Positions 1-9,946 of a DNA stretch of 64,000 bases are shown piece after piece (within the stretch, counting starts at the first letter, position 1; every line of letters begins with the position of its first letter). The notes under the pieces were generated by a model. It was not told the DNA's origin. It did not search any database and saw only the letters and a program-made list of their open reading frames with translations. Location of the stretch: positions 358,908-422,907 of the forward strand of contig NW_003314267.1 in assembly GCF_000143415.4 (NCBI RefSeq). The letters are read 5' to 3'. Both the position numbers and the translations under genes were made by a program. Source of the DNA: Selaginella moellendorffii. Lineage: Eukaryota > Plantae > Lycopodiophyta.

Positions 1-59
1 GTGAGCACGGTGGTGGTATCGAATCAAGCAAAGTCTTTCTTAGCTCACCTAGGTACCTG

Positions 60-440
60 GAAAGAATGATCTTGAGCTGTGAAAGGAGCCACTGCTGCCC
101 GTTGCCAAACTTATACATCTCCGCGAACTTCCATCGCCCCATCCAAACGTTGGCCTGCTCTTTACCATAGGCATCGTTGAATATGGGCCGGATCAAGTCC
201 GCATTCTCAGACTGCCCTCAAATGCTTAGCCACTGGCTTTTCTCTTTAGAAACTCAAGCCTTACCTTGCCTTCCATCAATACACCAGTGATCAACAATGG
301 ATAGATCATCCTGGTTGAGTCAGGACAATTGTTAATCACTGAGAGTTTTCCCAAACTGGTATCTGACCTAAAAGTTAAGAAGCATCCATTCAGAAAGTAT
401 TTTCCAATCCAAGTTACCATCTCATCACCTTGAGTTTTCC
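60..440 (-). pseudogene. Decayed 3' part of a coclaurine N-methyltransferase-like / CFA-synthase-family SAM methyltransferase
   Basis: The minus strand reads WIGKYFLNG and then, in another frame, ENADLIRPIFNDAYGKEQANVWMGRWKFAEMYKFGNGQQWLLSQL. This resembles the recalled family C-terminus (IxPIxxxxYGKE...W...WR.....AELFGYNNGEEW), with frameshifts and an internal deletion. Confidence 0.6.
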
Positions 441-569
441 TACATCAACATGTAAGTCGAGGCGCAAAGATGCCACCAATCATGCAATGACCGGCAAAAG
501 AAAAAAACAAACATAACTTTGGTCAGAAAAATGCTCACGAAAAGAACACGACAAGAGGAGAAAGAGGAG

Positions 570-1165
570 AAAGAATGAAGTTGAATCAATTACCTGAAGA
601 TAGTATCGACCATCCGTCCAAAGCGCAGCCTTCTCCAAGGTGATCACAGAAGTTTCTGCGCTTCCCGTGAATCCTGAAATGTAAGCCCGTCGCGTGAAGC
701 ACTCGGCTATAAATTCACTCTGCATACGCAGCAGTGAGCTACTTACAGAAAAGAAAAGAGGAAATAAGAAAAAAAAATTCTAGACTCCTTGATTCTCTTT
801 CTCAAGGAAGACGCAAGTACCTGGTGAGCGTCCTCCGAAGGCACGATGTAAGCTTGGACACCCGAGTCACTCATCAATTTCCTCAAATCCGCCAGCTTCT
901 TATCAGGAACAAATTCCTCGTCTTTGACATTCTTCCTCGCATTCCTGACGGACGAAGGCTCTGCCGTGATCCCGGGCCCCGGATTCCTGGGTCCCGAACA
1001 CAATGCTGTGAGATTTCGTCTTCGAGACGGCATTGCCATGGAAATCGAAGAGGAGCGTCTGATTGCGGCACCAATGCCCCTGCGCGCTGCAGCAGCTGAC
1101 TGGCGGCCCGGGCGATTGGAAATCCAAATACACCTCAGCAATCGCGCGCTCCCGAGCAGCACCAT
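570..1165 (-). pseudogene. Truncated inverted duplicate of aminopeptidase P (exons 1-2 only)
   Basis: Near-identical reverse complement of 6942-7505 (…[12 protein letters not shown] / [21 protein letters not shown]…WTDGRYYLQ). Homology ends in intron 2. Confidence 0.9.
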
Positions 1166-1387
1166 CGCGGGAGGGCGAGGAGCCCTAGAGCTTGAACAAA
1201 ATTTTCTTCAGCTCCATTTTTTAACCAGCTCTCGATTCCAAGGACGAAAATAATTCGATAAACATCCTCCGACCTAATATTTCTCCATCTATACATATAA
1301 AGTGGAGGCCCGCCAGCCGTTGGATCCCAGGCCCGGGCCAGGGTTGGTAGCCATGATTGTGCAAGAAATTTTTCTACTGTTATCCCT

Positions 1388-3318
1388 GGCCAGTGGGAGA
1401 ACACCACAGCTCTAGTGTGCATTGGCTCCGAGCAAGGCAAGATAGACATCTGACATGTGTCACTAGTAGTGTCCTGCCCTGTGCCTGTTCTTTTTAGCTT
1501 GCCCTAGATGCCCTTCTGCAATCGAGCTAATGGTGGCTTGCCGGATCAGTGGCAATCGCAGCAATTGCACTTCTTCCTGCAGAGATCCATGTTCAACATT
1601 GGGCCAGCAACTGCTAATTTGGCCCCCAACCACAACAATTTAGATTTTTGTGTGATGTGGAAATTTGAGACATCTTCATTTGGGTTTGTGGATGCCATTG
1701 AGTGGCAAAGCTGGAGCCAGACCCAGCCTTCAACACAGCAAGAACCATCAGAGAGTTTGCAGTCCCTATTCTTTTGCAAGAGAGAACAAGCTCACCTCTA
1801 GTGTCATTGTATTCTCCAAAACTTTAACTAGCTTCCCATCGAGTTCCTTGCCTTCTTCTCCAGCCGCCAGGCCCTTGAAAGCAAATGTTCTTGCCCGTTC
1901 TCTACATTCAGGGTGTTCTAGGAGACAAGCATGAAGCTCTTGATTGGCAAATCGAGCTCATTTGCACTTCTACAATGGTGGTGATGGTTAAAATGCAATA
2001 GAAAGCTTTTTGAGTGCTCACCATGCCCTGGAAAAGGTGTGCCAGTCTTGTGTCCAGGTTTTGTTTGTTGTTAGATTAGTGTTGGTGCAACTTCTCTTTT
2101 GTTTACAACTTAAGGCATATACAGATTGTGCTTTCATTATGTAGTCTTTGATTTTTATTTTTTTGGTGTAAGAATGCGAGTTCTGGCTTTTACTTAGAAT
2201 CTCTGAAAATTTTAAGATAAGTGCTTTGATTTTCTTTTAGATTGATGCACCACTCGCATCTACTTCTTGCTCTAAGTTTAAATTTGCACTAGATAGGTTA
2301 TTTCATTTATCAAATAGAATTTCCTCTCTAGCAAATATGTTTTGGTTTTGCGAAGTATTAAGAGGTATATATCACTAATTGCCTCCAACTATTGACACTA
2401 GCACATATATCCATACTCATAACAACCTTTGAAGAAACTAATCTAGACCTTGAACATGCTAATGTAAAAATTACTTTAGATCTTAATGATGCTAATACAA
2501 ACATAACACATGCTGATGAAGCTCATACAAATATAAACCTTGAAAATGTTAATAAAACTAATACAAATTCATGCAATCATCACAGTTCATGCATTCAAAG
2601 AATTATAATGACCATACAACACATATGTTAACTTTGGCTGGTGGGAGACCACCACAGCTCTGGTGCTCATTGGCTTCGAGTGAGGCAACATAGGCATCTA
2701 ACACATGTCACCAGTGTGCCCTGCCCCCATGCCTGTTCTTTTTAGCTCGCCCTAGATATCCTGCCACAATCTAGCTAACACTTGCTTGTTAGATCAGTGG
2801 CAATTGCAGCAATTGCGCTTCTTCTTATGGAGATCTGTGTTCAGTGTTGGGCCAGCAGTTGCTAATTTGGCCCCCAACCACAACAATCTAGATTTTTGTG
2901 TGCTATGGAAATTTGAGACATCTTCATTTGGGTTTGTGGATGCCATCGAGCGGCAGAGCTGGAGCCAAAGCCAACCTTCAACGCAGCCAGAACCATCAGA
3001 GAGTTTGCAGTCCCTATTCTTCTACAAGAGAGAACAAGCCCAAGGTGAGTTCTCGAACTTGCAAACCCCACCCACCTCTAGTGTCATTATATTCTCCAAA
3101 ACTTTGACTAGCTTCCCATCGAGTTCCTTGCCTTCTTCTCCAGCCGCCAGGCCCTTGATCCTGCCTATTCTCTGCATTCAGGGTGTTCCAGCAAAGCTCT
3201 TGATTGGCAAACCAGACTCATTTGCACTTCTGCAGTGGTGGTGGTGGTCAAGATGCAATGAAAAGCTTTTTGAGTGTTCACCACGCCCTGGAAAAGGTGT
3301 GCTAGTCCTGTGTCTGGA
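1388..3318. repeat. Two diverged direct copies of a ~680-bp unit (about 1388-2058 and 2635-3318) separated by an AT-rich spacer
   Basis: Colinear similarity, e.g. gctaatttggcccccaaccacaacaat and gaaccatcagagagtttgcagtccctattc occur in both copies. No recognisable protein. Confidence 0.85.
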
Positions 3319-3413
3319 GCTTGATTCCAAGGACGAGAACAATTGACTAGTAAATTGACAATTGAGAACAATTGGATAAACATCATGTTATCAGGACCTA
3401 ATGGGACTATTTC

Positions 3414-3640
3414 TGTGACAATTGACTAGTAAATTTTTTATGGAAGCCTAACTTGTACATCATGAACATTAATGGCTGTTAGCACAAAGACTGAGTCCTA
3501 CTTTAAATTTTCCATTAAAAAAAAGATAGAGAAATAAGATTTTAAAAACTCACAACAGACTATTTTTCCAAATGTGACAATTGACTAGTAAATTTTTTAT
3601 GGAAGCTTACCTTGAACATTAATGGCTGTTAGCGCATAAA
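3414..3640 (+). repeat. ~160-bp tandem duplication upstream of the P450
   Basis: tgtgacaattgactagtaaattttttatggaagc…gaacattaatggctgttagc at ~3414 and ~3573; partial third copy at ~3340. Confidence 0.8.
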
Positions 3641-3781
3641 TTTTCCATAAACAAAAAAAACAGAAATAAGACTCTCACAACCACCTTTCAAAAGAAGCCA
3701 ACTGAAGCCTTGTTTGTACAGGATATATTTGAGAGGCTAATCTCAAACTTGTGCAGTGAGTGCTTCGTTCCTTCTCGCAGC

Positions 3782-5621
3782 ATGAAGCTTTTCCTGCAGT
3801 CCTGGAATGCTCTGTACTTTCTTGTGTTTCTGCTCTCTTTGTGGCTAATCTCCCGAAAGTTCTACAAATCTTCCACGATCAAGCTCCCGCCAGGAAGCCA
3901 TGGCTTGCCTCTTGTCGGAGAATCTCTCTCTCTCTTTTGGGGATCCCCTCTGGACTTCCTCAGCACTCGACGCAAACGGTTCTTCTGTGACTTTCACTTC
4001 GATCTTGCTTTAACTAACTGTGGAGGAGTTTTCTGGAGTAACTTGCTTGGATCTCCCACCATCGTTGCAACAACGGTAGAGTCGGCCAAGTTCTTCCTCA
4101 GCTGCGCTGACTGTGGCCCCTCAGGTTTGTTTGCCCGATTGCTTGGGCCAAAATCTGTAAACGAGGTCATCGGGAGTGAGCATGCGCTCTACCGGAGAAT
4201 CATTCTGGGGATGATGGTTCCAGAGACCCTCAAGTGCCACGTCCAAATGATTGATATCTTGGCTCAGGAGACTCTCGAGTCGTGGGGGTCGAAAAAGACG
4301 GTGTCGGTTATGGAAGAAACTGTCAAGGTTTTCATCACGTCTTTGTGTCGCTTGATCGTTTGATCTGGTTTTATACTCTTGCCAGTTTAGCTATTGCACG
4401 GTGATTGGATTAGTGTGCCAGAAACTCCTGCCCTCCACTCCGGAGATGATCGATCTCATGCGAGACATCCAAACGATAGAGAATGGGGTGCTCCAGTTTC
4501 CAATCGACTTACCCTTCTCACCTTATCGCAAAGCGTTACAGGTTTTTGCATGGTTTTTTTTAATCTTTTTAAATCTGGATCTATTGTTGTAATTGAGCAG
4601 GCCAGGGCAAGGCTGCACAGATTCTTGGATGGGCTCATCAATGAGAGAAGGGCCGAACTAGCTGCCAACGGTGAAACGCACAAAGATGCGCTGGACGAGT
4701 TTATTACGCACAAAGATGACAAGGTTGGATTCCTCTCGAATCAACAAGTGGAAGACAATCTCATGACAATGCTGTTCGGAGGCCACCACACCACAGCTCT
4801 CGCTCTCGTGTGGCTGATCAAACACTTGAATGAGAACCCACAAGCTTTCAAGGAAGTGGAGGTTATTATTATTGTTATTATTATTATTATGATTTTTTAA
4901 AAATCTATTTTGATTTCTAGGAGGAGCAAAGGAGAATCCTTCTTGGTAAAAGATCCACCAAGTATAGCTTAACTTGGGACGACACAAAACAGATGCCAGC
5001 CACTCTAAGGGTTGTGGACTAAGCTCCAATTTTATGTTAGATTTAATTGGAGTGGTTTTGCAGGCTGTCCATGAAAGTCTGAGGCTTTCTAATGTTGCGG
5101 GGGTGGTGACACGTAAAATCACCAAGGATATCAGCTACAAAGGTTTTATTACATATGATTGAAGCTAATTCCAATTGTTTGTCTACTTTGTTGGTGTTAA
5201 CAGGTTACACCTTGCCCAAAGATTGGATGATTCATGTCTATATGCCACCAATCCACTTAGATGACAGCATTTACCCCAATGCAGCAAAATTCAATCCATC
5301 CAGATTTGAAGTATGGTATTTTTCATGTTTATACTTAAACCAAACCTTTTATTTTAGGTTCCAGCTAAAACTGGCACATTTATTCCATTTGGCTATGGAG
5401 ATAGAATATGCCCAGGAAGAGCATTAAGTCAGTTAGAGCAAATGATTTTCATGCACAGGCTTATCACAAAATACAGGTAAATTCTTTTGCTCCTCTTTTC
5501 TTGTCAACAAATTGTAATCTTTGATTGAAGATGGGAGCCTGTCAATCCAAACAGTAAAACAAACTACTGGCCAACGCCATCCGTGAAAGATGGATACCTC
5601 GTACATGCTATGTCCATTTAG
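3782..5621 (+). CDS. Cytochrome P450, CYP85 clan (multi-exon)
   Basis: N-terminal TM helix, LPPGSHGLPLVGE hinge, I-helix LFGGHHTT, ExxR (ESLR), FNPSRF and heme motif FIPFGYGDRICPG. Many short introns, as in the CYP85 clan. The intron-1 acceptor appears lost (see findings). Confidence 0.88.
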
Positions 5622-5787
5622 TAAGAAAACAAGAAAATAAGCCTTAACTGATATTTAGGGTTACAAAAGAAGACCAAGTAAATTTTGCACAATAAGATGA
5701 TTTCTATTCAAATTCCAAGAAGTCAATAAGATAAATCAAACGTGTTTTGGCATGCAGGTCTCGAACCTGTGTTCTATACTTTTGTTT

Positions 5788-5853
5788 TGGCCCATGCAGG
5801 TTTCCAACTTGCGGTTTTTAGCACCACGCTATGACCCACTGAGCTAATAGGCC
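5788..5853 (-). pseudogene. tRNA-Ile(AAT)-derived pseudogene, with an extra 3'-arm copy at 5748-5771
   Basis: Minus strand GGCCTATTAGCTCAGTGGGTCATAGCGTGGTGCTAAAAACCGCAAGTTGGAAACCTGCATGGGCCA matches the recalled plant tRNA-Ile(AAT) ends and D-arm. The anticodon stem 3' side and variable loop are deleted and the B-box is mutated. The adjacent cacaggttcgagacctgcatgcca is a duplicated T-arm. Confidence 0.75.
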
Positions 5854-5879
5854 TTTGTTCTGATTACAGGTTGTTAATG

Positions 5880-6222
5880 TTGACGCCTTCTCTCTCGCAG
5901 CGTCCAGCAAATCGGCCATGCATTCGTTTTGCTCCACTCCAGGACTCGTTCCATACCTGGAGCTCATCGGCTTCAGAAGCTCACGGCCCCTCTCCACGAG
6001 CCCGGCATGGCTACAAGCATCGTCACACTGTCCGCCAGGTCGTCCATCATCCCACCGAAGAGATGGAAAACCTCTCCCGGCGTGACTATATCCTGCCAGT
6101 AGCGACATCCAAGTTACCAAGTTCCTCTCTGGAAGCGAATCGAAATACCTCGTGAGCTCTGGACACCATCCAAGTACAAGTCCACGAGTTTGCTGCCGAC
6201 CTGTGTCTCGCACTCTACGCAA
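5880..6222 (-). pseudogene. PLS-class PPR gene relic
   Basis: FDSLPERNLVTWMSLLAGYSHAG and ACSHAGLVERGRELLKPMSSRYG…ECMADLL motifs joined across deletions. A telo-box gggtttagggtttaggg lies at 6241. Confidence 0.75.
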
Positions 6223-6564
6223 GTATCAGCGTGGAAGGTAGGGTTTAGGGTTTAGGGTTGGTTTCGATCGAAACTCCGTCCCGGCAGGCTCCCAGTGCTG
6301 CGACGAACGAGGCCGAGTTCAGATGGCATCCTTCATGTCAAAGAGCTCGCAAGCCTTTTTCACCTTCACTATTTTTAACATATCCAAGCAATGGGGCAAA
6401 CAAACGCGAGGGGCCACAGTCAGCGCAGCGGAGGAAGAACTTGGACTCTACCATTGTTGCAGCGATGGTGGGAGATCGAACCAAGTTGCTCCAGAAAACT
6501 CCTCCAAATCTGTAAAATGATCACAGTTGGTTAAATCAGGATCGAAGTGAAGGTCAAAGAAGAA

Positions 6565-6637
6565 CCACAAAGAGAGTAGAAACACGGGAAAGGACAGAGC
6601 ATTCCAGGACCACAGGAAAAGCTCCATGCTGCGAGAA
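6565..6637 (-). pseudogene. Inverted fragment of the P450 start (5' UTR plus about 20 codons)
   Basis: Reverse complement ttctcgcagcatggagcttttcctgtggtcctggaatgctctgtcc… matches 3773-3845. Confidence 0.85.
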
Positions 6638-6803
6638 CTGCAGGAGTTTGACTTGTTTAAATTTGAAAGGTGGTGGTGACTTTTTCCAGTTTTTTAAAGT
6701 CTTATTTCTCTTTTTTTTTAATGGAAAATTTAAAGTATTATCCTGAGGACTCATCAGGACAGGAATATAATTCTGGCTGCACAATTGCCACATTTGGAGC
6801 ATT

Positions 6804-6829
6804 AGGTCGGAGGATCGAAACCTCCCTCT
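6804..6829 (+). other. tRNA-iMet T-arm fragment (Pol III B-box region) followed by a T-run
   Basis: aggtcggaggatcgaaacctccctct is identical to 21027-21052 of the tRNA-iMet gene. Confidence 0.8.
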
Positions 6830-6941
6830 TTTTCACCGAATCGTTTTCGTCCTTGGAATCGAGCTCCAGATCTGAGAGCTGGTTAAAAAATGGAGCTGAA
6901 GAAATTTTTGTTTAAGCTCTAGGGCTCCTCGCCCTCCCGCG

Positions 6942-9752
6942 ATGGTGCCGCTCGGGAGCGCGCGATTGCTGAGGTGTTCGGTTCTCGCAGCTGCTGCCGC
7001 GCGCAGGGGCATTGGCGCCGGAATCAGACGCTCCTCTTCGATTTCCATGGCAATGCCGTCTCCAAGAGGAAATCTCACAGCATTGTGTTCGGGATCCAAG
7101 AATCCGGGTCCCGGGATCACGGCAGAGCCTTCGTCCGTCAGGAATGCGAGGAAGAATGTCAAGGACAAGGAATTTGTTCCTGATAAGAAGCTGGCGGATT
7201 TGAGGAAATTGATGAGCGAATCGGGTGTCCAAGCTTACATCGTGCCTTCGGAGGACGCTCACCAGGTACTTGCGTCTTCCTTGAGAATGAAAAAAACGAC
7301 TCTAGGATTTTTTTTTCTTGTCATTTTTGTAAGTAGCTCACTGCTGCGTATGCAGAGTGAATTTATAGCCGAGTGCTTCACGCGACGAGCTTACATTTCA
7401 GGATTCACGGGAAGCGCAGGAACTGCTGTGATCACCTTGGAGAAGGCTGCGCTTTGGACGGATGGTCGATACTATCTTCAGGTAATTGATTCAACTTCAT
7501 TCTTTTGCTTTCTTCCTGCACAGATTTCTCATTGTTTTTTCTGCTTCTGTGTAGGCTGAGAACCAACTTGGACCTGAATGGACGCTCATGAGAGGTGGCT
7601 CTGTTGGCGTGCCTTCATACAGTGAGTGGCTCAGGGACAATCTCTCTGCTGGTTCGGCTGTAGGCATTGATCCTGTAGGTGTCGAGACAATTTTTTTGAG
7701 CTACGGTTTTTCTTTTGCTTTTCTAAACCTCCGTTCTCATGTAATTATTGTCTTTAACAGTTTCTTGTCACCCACGAAGGTGCGGAGGAGCTCAGGCGAA
7801 CCTTGTCAGCCAAAGAGATTCAACTCACTTTTGTCGATCGCAACTTGATTGATAAGATTTGGCTCGATGGGAGACCTTGTCCGCCCAAGTCTCCTCTGAG
7901 AGTGCACGATTTGATTTACGCTGGCGTTGATGTCGCAGGGAAGCTCTCGGATGCGAGAAAGAAACTTTCCGCAGCTGGTGCTACTGGCATCGTGATAACC
8001 ATGCTCGATGAAGTTGCATGGCTGTTTAATCTTGTAAGTGAATGTCTATACTTTTCTCTTCTGAATTTTTATGTTCCAGCGTGGTGGCGATGTCCCTCAT
8101 TCTCCAGTGGCTTATGCTTACGCGCTTGTTGACATGGATAAGGCAACTCTTTTCACTGATTTGTCAAAGGTGACGCCAGACGTTGAGATGCATCTGGAAA
8201 ACTCTTCCGTGACCGTCAAAGAGTACTCCGCGCTCCTATCAACTATTCAAAGGTGTGCTATCATTTTGATGTTAGGGAGTTGCTAACGCAATGTTTTTTT
8301 AGATTAGCTGAGTCGGGCTCAAAATTGTGGCTAGATCCAACCAAAACCAACATGGCCATTGTGAATGCATTTTCGGAAGGATGTACGAGCTTTTATGCCA
8401 AAGCGGATGTCGACGGGAAAAATGGAATATCAGATGGACCGGCTGCATTACACAGACCATCGCCGCTATCTGTGCCGAAGGCCATAAAAAATGCTGCTGA
8501 GATGTCAGGGATGAAACAAGCACACTTGAGGTAAAAGTTCCGTGGTTTTCTTCGTAATTGTAACCGGATCTCTTTCCGAGCAGAGATGCTGCAGCACTGG
8601 TTGAGTTTTGGGCTTGGCTCGAAGTACAAATCGTTACTGAGAAAGCCAAGCTTACGGAGGTGGAAGTTGGCGATGAACTTTTCCGCTTTCGTTCCAAACA
8701 AGAAGGATTTCTAGAAACTAGCTTTGACACGATTTGCGGTTCGTATTTTTTACCATTGCAGAATTGTCGGCTCTTACCAGTCCTTACAGGATCGGGTGCA
8801 AACGGAGCCATTGTTCACTATAGGGCGGAAAGTGATACGTGTGCTTTAGTGGATGATGAGCACATGCTCTTGCTTGACAGTGGCGCGCAATATACAGATG
8901 GAACAACAGATATAACCAGGACTGTTCATTTTGGGGTGCCTACTGATTACCAGAAAGAGTGTTTTACGCGAGTTTTACAGGTACGCTCCGGATCATGTCT
9001 TGTCTTTTTAGCTGACTTGTTTGTATTTTAGGGGCACATATCGATTGATCAAGCAGTTTTCCCAGAGAATACTCCAGGTTTCGTACTTGACGTTCTGGCT
9101 CGTTCGTCCTTGTGGAGAATTGGACTTGACTATCGTCACGGTATTTTGTTCTCACCTGCAGTGAATCAAGTACTCTCTTGACTATGCAGTGGAAATATAG
9201 GAACTGGCCATGGAGTTGGCGCTGCTCTCAATGTCCATGAAGGTCCTCAAAGCATCAGTTTTCGGTTCGGAAACATGACTGCGTTGCAACCGGGAATGAT
9301 AATCAGCAACGAGCCTGGTTACTACGAAGATCACAAGTTTGGAATTCGAATAGAGGTGAGACAGAAAATTTTCTCTTAACACTCTCTTTTGTCATTCTTT
9401 GTGCAGAATTTACTTCATGTTTGCGAGGTGGAGACACCAAACCGCTTTGGAGGAGTTTCCTATCTGGGATTTGAATGCCTGTCATTCGTTCCAATCCAGG
9501 TAATGCGACTCACATTCATCCAATCCCTCACTCCTCTGTTCTTCTTCCAGACAAAACTCATGGCCCTCCATCTCTTGTCCGACGAGGATATCTCTTGGGT
9601 GAACAAGTATCACGCTGCAGTCTGGGACAAGGTAAGCTTCCATAAGAAATTACCAGTGAAACCACTCTTTCATTCATCAGGTGTCTCCGCTTGTGAATGA
9701 GAGCGCTCGCGAGTGGCTAAAGCGAAATACTCTTCCTATCAAAAGAGCGTGA
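6942..9752 (+). CDS. Xaa-Pro aminopeptidase P (M24B) with a probable organellar transit peptide; multi-exon
   Basis: [48 protein letters not shown]…[14 protein letters not shown]…GIRIE motifs. N-terminus is Arg/Ser/Ala-rich. Stop TGA at 9750-9752. Confidence 0.95.
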
Positions 9753-9760
9753 AAGGTAAT

Positions 9761-9946
9761 CAATGTGAATCCTATTGTCTCATGGTAAACAGTATGTGAA
9801 TCCTATTGTCTCATGGTGAACGGTAACTATTGTCACTCAATGTGAATCCTATTATGGAGATCACACAATGAACTTATCCTATTGTCTCAAGGTGTTAGCC
9901 ATTGTCGTGATTTTATTCTGGAATATATCCTATTGTCTCAAGGTGA
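9761..9946 (+). repeat. Irregular cluster of atcctattgtctca motifs between convergent gene ends
   Basis: The motif recurs about 5 times; the last copy lies inside the PPR C-terminal codons. Confidence 0.7.

Noticed and set aside
2392-2631. Asn/Thr-rich ORF
   Set aside because: Low-complexity AT-rich sequence with a TTG start and no splice or domain support.
6238-6260. TTTAGGG repeats as telomere or interstitial telomeric array (also ~30547, ~33224, ~48623)
   Set aside because: Only 2-3 units, mostly next to gene starts; these are ordinary telo-box promoter motifs.
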